Below, piece after piece: positions 26,984 through 35,795 of a stretch of 64,000 nt of DNA (position 1 is the stretch's first letter; each line of letters starts with the position of its first letter). The notes beneath the pieces were generated by a model. It worked only from the letters and a program-made list of their open reading frames with translations, was not told the DNA's origin and ran no database searches. Made by a program: the position numbers and the translations under genes. The DNA comes from Candidatus Latescibacterota bacterium (GTDB lineage Bacteria; Latescibacterota; UBA2968; UBA8231). The DNA is taken from positions 160,001-224,000 of the forward strand of contig OY730476.1 of the NCBI GenBank assembly GCA_963422735.1, read 5' to 3'.

Positions 26984-28342
26984 GTGAAACGAGGAGATCG
27001 CATCGAGGTCGAGGTTGCCGCGCTCACCGCCAAGGGCGACGGGCTGGCTTATGTCGGGCACCGCGAGGTCGTCGTGCGCCAGTCTGTTCCCGGGGATTGG
27101 GTCGCCGCCCGGGTCGTAAAGAAGCGCAAAGGGCGCTTCGAGGCCGAGGTGGAGGAATTCCTCGCAGAGGGCTACAAACGTGAGGAGCCTCGCTGCGCCC
27201 ATTTTGGACGCTGCGGCGGCTGTCGGTGGCAGGAGTTGCCCTATGCGGCCCAGCTCGCCGTCAAGGAGCAGATGGTTGCCAGCGCATTGGCGACTAGTGG
27301 CCTGCCGCTGCCGGCCGCAGTGCCGATTCTGCCCAGCCCGACCCCCTTTTTCTACCGCAACAAAATGGAATTTTCCTTTGGCAAAGATCGCGAGGGCTTG
27401 TTGCAATTGGGCTTGCACGTGCGCGGGCGTTTCAATTGGATCTTCGATGTCGAAGAGTGCCACCTACAGTCGCGTACTTCCAATCACATCGTCGGAGCGG
27501 TCCGCCGCATCAGCCAAGCGTTGGGCCTGAGCGCGTACGACCTGTATCGGCACCAAGGGCTGTTGCGCTTCTTGGTCGTCCGCGAGGGCAAGCGGAGCGG
27601 AGAAATAATGGTCAACCTCGTCGTGGCCTCGTATCCCGACCTAGGCGTCCAACAGCTCGCCGAGCAACTGTTGGACGCCGTACCTGAAATTGACGTTTTG
27701 CTCGTTACCTTACACACCGGCAAGGCTCAAGTAGCGGCCGGGGAGCGCGAGTTTGTGCTCAAGGGGAGTGGGCGCATTACCGAAGTATGCAGTGGCCTCG
27801 AATTCGACATTTCTCCCCAGTCCTTTTTTCAGACGAATTCGCTGCAAGCCGAGCGGCTCTACGAGGTCATAGCCCGCGTGGCCGGGCCGCAAAAGGCCGT
27901 GCTAGATTTGTACTGCGGCACGGGCAGCATCAGCCTGCTTTTGGCGCGCCAGTCCCAGTTCGTGTTGGGCATCGAAGTGGTTGCTGAAGCGGTGGAGGAC
28001 GCCAGACGCAATGCCGTGCGCAATCGGATAGAACACTGCGAGTTCGTGGTCGGCGCAGCCGAGGGCATACTCGGGGAATTGGCAGCGCAAGGTCAGCGTT
28101 TTGACTTGGCTGTCGTCGATCCACCGCGACCGGGGATCCACAAAAAGGCGCTGGCCGGTCTGTGCGCGTTGGCACCACCGCGCATCATTTACGTCTCCTG
28201 TAATGTCCACGCGCTAGCGGGCGACTTGTGCGCCTTGGGTCAGGCTGGCTACGGCGTCTGCAGCGTGCAACCCGTAGATATGTTCCCCCAAACGCCGCAC
28301 TGCGAGGTCGTCGTCGAGTTGTGCAAGCAGGTCGCTCCGTGA
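26984..28342 (+). CDS. rlmD: 23S rRNA m5U methyltransferase (RlmD/TrmA family)
   Basis: N-terminal TRAM domain, C-x5-CGGC Fe-S motif, SFFQTN, LDLYCGTG, DPPR, YVSC, DMFPQTPH. Confidence 0.9.
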   Translation: MKRGDRIEVEVAALTAKGDGLAYVGHREVVVRQSVPGDWVAARVVKKRKGRFEAEVEEFLAEGYKREEPRCAHFGRCGGCRWQELPYAAQLAVKEQMVASALATSGLPLPAAVPILPSPTPFFYRNKMEFSFGKDREGLLQLGLHVRGRFNWIFDVEECHLQSRTSNHIVGAVRRISQALGLSAYDLYRHQGLLRFLVVREGKRSGEIMVNLVVASYPDLGVQQLAEQLLDAVPEIDVLLVTLHTGKAQVAAGEREFVLKGSGRITEVCSGLEFDISPQSFFQTNSLQAERLYEVIARVAGPQKAVLDLYCGTGSISLLLARQSQFVLGIEVVAEAVEDARRNAVRNRIEHCEFVVGAAEGILGELAAQGQRFDLAVVDPPRPGIHKKALAGLCALAPPRIIYVSCNVHALAGDLCALGQAGYGVCSVQPVDMFPQTPHCEVVVELCKQVAP

Positions 28343-28690
28343 TTTTCTAACGCCACAGCCAGCGCATGGCTGTCGGCTATATCCGCTATATACAATCTCG
28401 GCGTAGGTCGGGCCGTGCGCTTGTGGCCCTCTCTCACAGCGGAGGCATCCACATCGCGCTCGGTGTAGGCGGGAAAGAGCAAAGCAGTGAGGAGAACTGC
28501 GGCGGCAAGGCGAGTAATCATGCGGCAATTGGAAGATAAGAGGGGCAGATTGTGATGAAATTAGCGCACCAAGGTGACGATCTCTCAGCAGGGCCGTTGC
28601 AAATTCTCCACATCGAATCGCTCCCTCCGCCCTCCCTTCGCCTACCTTCCCATTCCAACGCCGCCATAGACAGGGAGTGCCTAGGCCCCG

Positions 28691-28719
28691 TTGCTCCCCT
28701 AAGAGGGCCGCTCTATACT
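28691..28719 (+). promoter_or_regulatory. sigma70-type promoter upstream of the PHP hydrolase
   Basis: TTGCTC-N17-TATACT. Confidence 0.5.
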
Positions 28720-28774
28720 ATGCCATTCAACGTTGGCAGTCCCGCTAGACTCCGCACCTAGAGAAAGGACCAAA

Positions 28775-29743
28775 ATGTCGGATAGCGCACCTAAAGGCGT
28801 ACTAACCAACCCGTTTTCCCTCAGCACGGACGACGGCTACACTTGGCTCAAGGGCAATCTCCACTCGCACACCACCAATTCCGACGGCAAGGCCGCGCCC
28901 CAAGAGCGAATCGACGGCTATGTCGGCCAAGGCTACGACTTCCTCTGCCTGTCCGACCACCACAAAATCACCTTTACCGATACCGTGCAGGCCCCAAGCG
29001 ACTTCGTGCTCATCCAAGGGGCTGAACTGCACCCGGATAACCCCTTCGGCGGTCAGCGGCACCACTTCGTCTGCCTCCATATTCGCGAAGACATGGACGC
29101 GGAGACGATGCCTCCCCAGCATGTCATTGACGAGGTCCGACGCCAGGGCGGTGCTGTCTGGCTGGCCCACCCACACTGGAGTTCGATTAATATCCTGCGC
29201 GACGCGCTGCCGCTTGCCGGGTTCGCTGGCATCGAGGTCTTCAACGCCACCTGCCGCTGTGCCGGACGCGGTGAGTCGAGCGTGCATTGGGACGACTGGA
29301 TGGAACTGGAGAATCGTCTCTACCCCGCGCTGGCCAACGACGATTCGCACGCCCTCGAAGCCGATCAGCGCGACACTTACCAGGGCTGGACTTGGGTTCG
29401 CGTCAAAGAGCGCACCGCCGACGCAGTCGTTGCCGCCCTAGTCGCGGGCGCATCGTACGGCAGCACCGGCCCCACAATCCACGACATCCAACTCCGCCGC
29501 ACCGACCGCGAGGGCGACGAGCGCACACAGGTCGAAGCTACGGTGTCCTGCTCGCCGGCGCAGCGCATCGCGGCGGTGTCCGATCTTTTTGGTGCCGAGT
29601 ACCATCAGCACGGGGCCCTCTTCGAGACCGCTACCTTCGCGCTCAGGGCCAATGTCCGCTGGGTGCGCTTCGAGATCATCGACAGCCGTGGCCACAAGGC
29701 GTGGTCCAACCCGTTTGATCTGACCGCACTCGAACCGGCCTGA
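28775..29743 (+). CDS. PHP-domain metallohydrolase (CehA/McbA-like)
   Basis: KGNLHSHTTNSDG, SDH, LAHPHW, IEVFN, DDSH; AAAGGA RBS before ATG 28775. Confidence 0.8.
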   Translation: MSDSAPKGVLTNPFSLSTDDGYTWLKGNLHSHTTNSDGKAAPQERIDGYVGQGYDFLCLSDHHKITFTDTVQAPSDFVLIQGAELHPDNPFGGQRHHFVCLHIREDMDAETMPPQHVIDEVRRQGGAVWLAHPHWSSINILRDALPLAGFAGIEVFNATCRCAGRGESSVHWDDWMELENRLYPALANDDSHALEADQRDTYQGWTWVRVKERTADAVVAALVAGASYGSTGPTIHDIQLRRTDREGDERTQVEATVSCSPAQRIAAVSDLFGAEYHQHGALFETATFALRANVRWVRFEIIDSRGHKAWSNPFDLTALEPA

Positions 29744-30080
29744 TAGCCTCTATTTCTGTGTTGGGACGCGGCGCGTCAACCCAGCGTTGCTGTTCAAAGG
29801 CCATTTGCTGGGCCTTGTCGCAGTAGTGGGGGTTGTTCGACAAGGGATGGTTAGCGCGGATCGCCCCCTCGGGAAAGAGATACCAGTCCTTGCGGCTTAC
29901 TACATAGCCGCGCTTCACCGCGTCTTTAGGCGTGCGCGTCGTCGGCGATGTAATTGACTACGTAGAGTGTCCCGTCGGGTAGTTGCACCCAGCCCGAATA
30001 ACCGCTGTCGGCCGACAGGGCGCGGTCGTTGTCCAGAAAGGCGAAGCGGGCTCTGGGGCATCCGCCCGGGTGGGTGAGCC
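29676..30080 (-). pseudogene. Frameshifted C-terminal fragment of a sialidase/BNR-repeat-like protein
   Basis: DSGYSGWVQLPDGTLYVVNY continues after a frameshift into RGYVVSRKDW...; no N-terminus; boundaries approximate. Confidence 0.45.
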
Positions 30081-30284
30081 ACGCGGGGCCTCTGTCGCGG
30101 TCTCCACGTAGATCCCCAAGGAAACGGTGATCGTCTGCATGGTTGCCTCTCGGTTTTGGATGGGTGCATGGCAATATACAATACGACCGGGTTGCCGCCG
30201 GATGGTGGCTTGCCCCCCCAACTCCCTTCTCCTACCTTCCCTCTCCAAATCCGCTAATTCTGCCCCTGTCGAGGGACTAACATC

Positions 30285-31478
30285 ATGGCCGACCGCCCCC
30301 AAATCGCCGCTATCGTCACCGAGTACCGCAAGTACTCCCACGCCCAGCACATCTGCGACCGCTTCTTAGAAGGCTACGGCTGGAACGGCCGGCACCACCG
30401 CCCGCCCATGGATCTGGTTTCGCTGTACGTGGACCAGCGCCCCGAAGGTGATCTGAGCCAAGAGCGGGCGACCCGCTTCCCCCACATGGCGATCTACCCC
30501 ACCGTGGCCGACGCCCTCACCTTGGGCGGCGCAAATCTGGCCGTCGATGGCGTCCTGCTCATCGGCGAGCACGGCAGCTACGGCCACAATGAAAAGGGCC
30601 AGCACCTCTACCCGCGCTACGAGCTTTTCAAACAGATCGTCTCGGTCTATCGCACTACCGGCAAGAGCGCACCCGTGTTCAACGACAAGCATCTTTCCTA
30701 TAACTGGGACTGGTGCCAAGAGATGTGCCGTGTCTCGCACGAGCTCGGCTTCGCCTTTATGGCCGGTTCTTCGTTGCCCGTCACTTGGCGCACTCCCTCG
30801 CTTGACATGCCCCTTGGTGCAGAGGTCGAAGAAGCGGTCTGCGTCTGCTATGGCGGCGTCGATAGCTACGACTTTCACGGTTTGGAGACCTTGCAATGCA
30901 TGGTTGAGCGCAGAAAGGGTGGCGAGCCGGGCGTCAAATGGCTCCGGGCCTACCGCGACGATGCCTTCTGGCAAGCCCACGCTGAGGGCGCGTGGTCACG
31001 CGAGCTTTTTGAAGCCTGCCTCTGCCGCAGCCACACGCTCACTCCGGCACGACCGGGGTTCAACAACCTCTTCCCCACCATCGACGAACTCAAGCACCTA
31101 GCCGAGAGCCCCATCGCCTACCAGTACGAGCACGCCGACGGCCTCCGCTCGACCCTGATCCTGATGAACGGGCTAGTCCAAGATTTCAACTTCGCCGCCC
31201 GGCTCAAAGGGCGGGACGAGCCGCTCTCGACCCAGATGTACCTGCCCATGCCCCCGGCCCGCACCACGCTGGCCAACTTCTTCAGCCCGTTGGTCAACAA
31301 CATCGAGCAGATGTTCCTGACCGGCAAAGCTACCTACCCGGTTGAACGCACCTTGCTCACCTCGGGCTTGGTCATCGCCGGCGTCGATAGCCTCCACCAA
31401 GGCCAAACCCAAGTCGAGACGCCCCATCTAAACAGCGCCTACCAAGCCACCGAAGAATCCACTTTCTGGAGGACGTAA
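30285..31478 (+). CDS. Conserved hypothetical protein, distant Gfo/Idh/MocA-like oxidoreductase (paralog A)
   Basis: VDGVLLIGEHG, PVFNDKHLS, AGSSLP, YDFHGLE; TTGCCC-N17-TACCTT promoter-like sequence at 30210-30238. Confidence 0.6.
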   Translation: MADRPQIAAIVTEYRKYSHAQHICDRFLEGYGWNGRHHRPPMDLVSLYVDQRPEGDLSQERATRFPHMAIYPTVADALTLGGANLAVDGVLLIGEHGSYGHNEKGQHLYPRYELFKQIVSVYRTTGKSAPVFNDKHLSYNWDWCQEMCRVSHELGFAFMAGSSLPVTWRTPSLDMPLGAEVEEAVCVCYGGVDSYDFHGLETLQCMVERRKGGEPGVKWLRAYRDDAFWQAHAEGAWSRELFEACLCRSHTLTPARPGFNNLFPTIDELKHLAESPIAYQYEHADGLRSTLILMNGLVQDFNFAARLKGRDEPLSTQMYLPMPPARTTLANFFSPLVNNIEQMFLTGKATYPVERTLLTSGLVIAGVDSLHQGQTQVETPHLNSAYQATEESTFWRT

Positions 31479-31479
31479 A

Positions 31480-32832
31480 ATGGCCCGTCGCGGAAAACAG
31501 CGGTCCCACCCTCAGATGGGAGCGACCACCGTGGAAATCCTCGAACCCGCACGCCAGACGCAGAGCCAGCCGGTCCGCGTCCAAGACCCGCCGCAGCCGC
31601 CGGTCACCACCGAGGTCGACAGCGATGACCTAACAAGCCCGGTCGCAGCCACCCGGCCCAAGCGCATCGCCGTCATCGCCACTATCTATCGCTACTTGTC
31701 GCACGCCCAGCACTTTGCCGATCGCTTCTTAGTCGGCTATCCCTACGGCGGCCGCTGGCAGCGACCCAACTGCAAAATCGTCTCGCTCTACGTCGATCAG
31801 CAACCCGAAGGTGACCAAAGCCAAGACCGGGCGCGCGAATTCGGCTTTGCGGTGTACCCCACCATCGCCGAAGCCCTGCGCTGTGGCGGCGACCGACTCG
31901 CTTGCGACGCGGTGCTAATCATCGGCGAGCACGGCGAATACCCCAGAAACGACAAAGGACAGGTTCTGTACCCACGCTACGAGTTTTTCAAAGAATGCGT
32001 CAAGATCTTTGAAGAAGACGGCCGCACAGCGCCCATCTACAACGACAAGCACCTCTCCTACAGCTTCGACAAGGCTCGAGAAATGGTCGCCGACGGCCAT
32101 CGGCTCGGTTTCCCAATCCTAGCGGGTTCCTCGCTGCCAGTCACTTGGCGTCTGCCCGACATCGAGCTACCCTTGGGCTGCCAGATCGAAGAGGCGCTGA
32201 TGGTCGGCTGCGGCGGCTCCGACCCGATGGACTACCACGCGCTAGAGGCCATGCAGTGCATGATCGAGCGTCGCTCAGGCGGCGAGACCGGGGTCAAATC
32301 CGTGCAATTGATCGAAGGAGACGCCGTGTGGAAAGCGGGTGAAGAAGGGTGCTATTCGCTGGAACTGCTCGAATCCGCCCTCTCGCGCAGCGATACCCCT
32401 TGCGGCAAAACCGACGAGGACGGCCGCACCCAAGATCTGCTGGGCAACGGCGAGCTGCCCCAGCTCGTCAAAGAGCCGGCCGCGTACTTCATCGAGCACA
32501 ACGACGGCCTCAAAACGACCCTCCTGATGCTCAACGGTGCCATCCGCGACTACTGCTTCGCCTGCAAGCTCGCTGGCGAAGACGGGCCCATCTCGACCCA
32601 ATTTTTCTTGCCGCCGACACCCAACGTCACCTACTCGGCCTGTCTAGTGGCCAAGATCTGGGAAATGATCGAGACCGGCCAAGCGCCCTTTCCCGCCGAG
32701 CGCACCCTAATCGTCAGTGGTGCGCTCGAAAGCTGCCTGACCTCCAAAGTGGAGGGCCACAAGCGGCTCGAAACGCCGCACCTCAAGGTGGAGTACCAGG
32801 CACCAGCCGAGTCGCATCACGGCCGCTTTTAG
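31480..32832 (+). CDS. Conserved hypothetical protein, distant Gfo/Idh/MocA-like oxidoreductase (paralog B)
   Basis: CDAVLIIGEHG, PIYNDKHLS, AGSSLPVTWR, MDYHALE; clearly homologous to the upstream gene. Confidence 0.6.
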   Translation: MARRGKQRSHPQMGATTVEILEPARQTQSQPVRVQDPPQPPVTTEVDSDDLTSPVAATRPKRIAVIATIYRYLSHAQHFADRFLVGYPYGGRWQRPNCKIVSLYVDQQPEGDQSQDRAREFGFAVYPTIAEALRCGGDRLACDAVLIIGEHGEYPRNDKGQVLYPRYEFFKECVKIFEEDGRTAPIYNDKHLSYSFDKAREMVADGHRLGFPILAGSSLPVTWRLPDIELPLGCQIEEALMVGCGGSDPMDYHALEAMQCMIERRSGGETGVKSVQLIEGDAVWKAGEEGCYSLELLESALSRSDTPCGKTDEDGRTQDLLGNGELPQLVKEPAAYFIEHNDGLKTTLLMLNGAIRDYCFACKLAGEDGPISTQFFLPPTPNVTYSACLVAKIWEMIETGQAPFPAERTLIVSGALESCLTSKVEGHKRLETPHLKVEYQAPAESHHGRF

Positions 32833-32861
32833 TCAGCGAAGCCATATAGCTCGGGTGGCAC

Positions 32862-33117
32862 ATGTTCATCAGCAGATTGGATTGGGGCGACTATCGCATT
32901 GAACATATCGCTCGACGCGATGTGGAACCGTTTGCGAAGACCCCTTTCACTTAGCTCGCCTCAAGGACACAACCGTTATCTTCTTTATGGGCAGACAGCA
33001 GACGGGCGGTACTTGTTTGTCGTATTGGAGCATATCAAAGACACTGTCTATGAGCCTATCACTGCCCGCAGTATGACTGACCGTGAAAAACGAAATTTTA
33101 AGAGGCTGGGAAAATGA
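32862..33117 (+). pseudogene. BrnT-family toxin, frameshifted
   Basis: MFISRLDWGDYRIEHIARRDVEP in one frame; RYLLYGQTADGRYLFVV...ITARSMTDREKR in another. Confidence 0.7.
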
Positions 33118-33374
33118 AAGAATTACAAGTCCCAGAATTCAAGAACCGTGAAGAGGAAGCTGCATTTTGGGACCTAGATACCGCTGATTTCATGGAAGAC
33201 GATGGGGAATAGTTTCGCTTTGATACGCAGTACAAGCGAACAATTCGCGCTGCGATTCTCCCTGAAATAGCGGAAGAACTCATGCAGAGTGCCCATGCAC
33301 AAGGCGTGTTGGTTGAAACCTTAGTAAATGTCCTTTTAATCGAGCGCATACGAGAGGCCGTTACGACAAGCTAA
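33114..33374 (+). pseudogene. CopG/BrnA-type antitoxin with internal TAG
   Basis: MKELQVPEFKNREEEAAFWD...DGE*FRFD...LVNVLLIERI; ATGA overlap with the toxin; TAG at 33210. Confidence 0.7.
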
Positions 33375-33534
33375 TCTGGTACGGAATTTCCTAGTGTACG
33401 GTTGGGCATTCAGGTTTCATGTAGGCGGTTTCACTCGGCTGGCCCGTAGATCTCGTCCGGGCCAGCGCGGTCCCCCGCGTCGATGTTCCGAGGCCCGTCG
33501 CCGGGTACCCGTCGCCAAGGGGGCGGATGGGACG

Positions 33535-33688
33535 GACCACAGACCACAGACCACAGACCACAGACCACAGACCACAGACCACAGACCACAGACCACAGAC
33601 CACAGACCACAGACCACAGACCACAGACCACAGACCACAGACCACAGACCACAGACCACAGACCACAGACCACAGACCACAGACCACA
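33535..33688. repeat. Perfect heptanucleotide tandem repeat (GACCACA)22
   Basis: 154 bp counted directly. Confidence 0.97.
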
Positions 33689-33819
33689 GGTTAAACAGTC
33701 CTCTAGGAAAGTCCGATCTGGTATATCGTCTGGCTAGCCTTTGCAATGCTTTATCCGTCAACTGAAACGCTTCTCCCTCCGACCGCATGGTAGCAACCTG
33801 CAAAAGAAAGGAAAATCCT

Positions 33820-34839
33820 ATGTCCACCATCCCCACGCGCTCTTTGCGCACCGGCGTCGAGCTAAGCACGCTCGGCTTTGGCGGCGCCCCCTTGGGCGAG
33901 CTTTTCGATCCGGTCAGCGAAACCCAAGCCCAAGACACCCTGCAAGCGGCTTGGGACGCTGGCATCCGCTACTACGACACCGCCCCGTTCTACGGCTACG
34001 GCAAAAGCGAGCACCGCCTCGGCCATTTTCTCCGCCAGCAGGAACGCGGCGACTTCGCACTCTCGACCAAGGTCGGCCGGGTGCTCACAGCCACCCGCAA
34101 TCTCGATTCTTTCGAGAAGGGCTTCTGGATTGGCGGCCTGCCCTTCGACTTCCGTTTCGACTACGGGTACGACGGCATTATGCGCTCGTGGGAAGACAGC
34201 TTGCAGCGGCTGAGCCTCAACTCTATTGACCTGCTGTTGATCCACGACCTCGACAGCTTCTTCCACGACAGTGAGCAGCGCTTCTCCGCCCACCTCAACC
34301 GCCTAATCACCAGTGGCTGGCGCGCCCTCGACGAGCTGCGCTCGCAGGGGCTGGTCAAGGCCATTGGCGCGGGCCTCAACCGCATGGGGGCCATGCCGCG
34401 CCTGCTCGATGCAGTTGACCTCGACTGCTGCATCGTTGCCATGCCCTATACGCTTTTGGACCAAGACTCCCTCGACGAGGAATTCCCGCTTTGCGAGGAG
34501 CGCAATGTGCGCATCGTCATCGGCTCGGTTTTCGCCTCCGGCATCCTCGCCTCCGGCCCGGTCGAAGGTGCCCGCTACGCCTATGACACAGCCTCACCCG
34601 AAATCCTCGAAAAGACGCGCCGCATCCAAGCCGTCTGCCAGCGGCACGACGTGCCCTTGCCTGCCGCCGCCATGCAGTTCCCGCTCGGGCACCCGCTCGT
34701 CGCGGCGATTATCCCGGGCGCGCAAACACCGGCCCACATCGAGACTAACGCCCAGTGGTTTCAGCGCGAAATACCAACGGATATGTGGGCCGAGCTAAAG
34801 GCGGAAAGATTGTTGCGGGAAGACACGCCGACGCCGTGA
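33820..34839 (+). CDS. Aldo/keto reductase (D-threo-aldose 1-dehydrogenase-like)
   Basis: LGFGGAPLG, YDTAPFYGYGKSE, LSTKVGR, IDLLLIHD. Confidence 0.88.
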   Translation: MSTIPTRSLRTGVELSTLGFGGAPLGELFDPVSETQAQDTLQAAWDAGIRYYDTAPFYGYGKSEHRLGHFLRQQERGDFALSTKVGRVLTATRNLDSFEKGFWIGGLPFDFRFDYGYDGIMRSWEDSLQRLSLNSIDLLLIHDLDSFFHDSEQRFSAHLNRLITSGWRALDELRSQGLVKAIGAGLNRMGAMPRLLDAVDLDCCIVAMPYTLLDQDSLDEEFPLCEERNVRIVIGSVFASGILASGPVEGARYAYDTASPEILEKTRRIQAVCQRHDVPLPAAAMQFPLGHPLVAAIIPGAQTPAHIETNAQWFQREIPTDMWAELKAERLLREDTPTP

Positions 34840-34879
34840 GGGCATTGGGAAAACAACCTAGAGAAAGGATATGTAAGTT

Positions 34880-35257
34880 ATGAGCCTGCTTGCGAGAATA
34901 TTGGGCAACGCCGGCGTCGTAGATGTAGAAACGTTGCAAGCGGACTATGGGCAGTTGCTCGTCGACGGCGAGGACATTGAGGTCGGGTTCAAGGTCATTC
35001 GCGATACGTTTGTATTCACAAACAGGCGATTGACTCTCGTCAATATCCAAGGCATGACCGGGAAAAAGGTGGAATACCTATCCATACCGTACGGCAGAAT
35101 CGCGAAGTTTAGCATTGAGACAGCCGGGAGTTTTGATCTCGACGCCGAACTAAAATTGTGGATCGGTAGCGACCCCATGCCGCTGGAGAAAAAATTCAAC
35201 ACAAAGGTAAACATCTACGATCTGCACAAGGTGCTATCGACCCATGTCCTCGGTTAG
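34880..35257 (+). CDS. Bacterial PH-domain protein (YvbH/bPH_1-like)
   Basis: IRDTFVFTNRRL...QGMTGKKVEYLSIPY...FSIETAGSFDLDAELK. Confidence 0.85.
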   Translation: MSLLARILGNAGVVDVETLQADYGQLLVDGEDIEVGFKVIRDTFVFTNRRLTLVNIQGMTGKKVEYLSIPYGRIAKFSIETAGSFDLDAELKLWIGSDPMPLEKKFNTKVNIYDLHKVLSTHVLG

Positions 35258-35272
35258 CGTCCGCTCCGTCGT

Positions 35273-35389
35273 CTAATACACATGCGGGCAAAATAGTTCC
35301 CGAACTTGGGCGTGGTGCCTGCGCGAACGATCTGTGGCCGACAGGAACACGCTGGTGTCGGCGAACAGGATCTCACCTGCCGTCGTCAT
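35273..35389 (-). pseudogene. Truncated PIN-domain (VapC/FitB-like) toxin, 38 aa stub
   Basis: MTTAGEILFADTSVFLSATDRSRRHH then early stop; overlaps the antitoxin 3' end. Confidence 0.65.
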
Positions 35390-35603
35390 CGTAGATCTCG
35401 TTTCGAGACCATGTTGGTGTGGCTCGTCCGGTCTCTACCGCGATCCATGACATCGCCTCTAGCTGTTCGGGTGGGGCGGTGCGAGCGGCCCGCTCCAGTA
35501 TTGCATGCAGATCTCCTTGGAGCGAGCGACGGTGGCTCTTGACCAGCCGTTTCAGGGCAGCCAGAATGTTGGGATTCACATCTCTGATATGTAGTGATTT
35601 CAT
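35373..35603 (-). CDS. FitA/VapB-like ribbon-helix-helix antitoxin
   Basis: MKSLHIRDV...LKRL..SHRRSLQGDLHAILE; C-terminal WSRNEIYDD. Confidence 0.75.
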   Translation of the reverse strand: MKSLHIRDVNPNILAALKRLVKSHRRSLQGDLHAILERAARTAPPEQLEAMSWIAVETGRATPTWSRNEIYDDDGR

Positions 35604-35605
35604 GC

Positions 35606-35638
35606 TGCTATCAAAAGGATACCATCACTCTCTGTCAA
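35606..35638 (-). promoter_or_regulatory. Promoter/operator of the antitoxin gene
   Basis: Minus-strand TTGACA at 35633-35638; imperfect palindrome TGCTATC-N5-GATACCA next to the ATG, resembling the FitA operator half-site TGCTATCA. Confidence 0.5.
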
Positions 35639-35795
35639 AGGCCGCGTAGGTTGCGAGTTTGAACAGAAAAATCCCGTTTCCTTATGTTTGAATAGCAGGG
35701 CCCCAAACGACCGTTGTTGCCATGTTTGTCCATCCTACTCACGTATCGTCTCCGGGAAGAGCCGTCTCAAAACCCTTTCTAAAGGTGTTTGCCTT

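Noticed and set aside
28249-28521. Minus-strand 90-aa ORF with a signal-peptide-like start
   Set aside because: Runs into the 3' end of rlmD and has no recognisable domain; at most a gene remnant.
33210-33212. In-frame TAG codons in the antitoxin and UDG-like genes as pyrrolysine or recoding
   Set aside because: Each is one substitution from TGG or CAG, they lie in otherwise decayed loci, and TAG is a normal stop elsewhere in the window.
33688-33706. Possible IS terminal sequence next to the heptamer array
   Set aside because: No matching second end or transposase could be identified by eye.
33391-33965. ORFs containing VCGLWSV / TTDHRPQ repeats
   Set aside because: They are translations of the heptamer array, which lacks stop codons; no RBS or domain.
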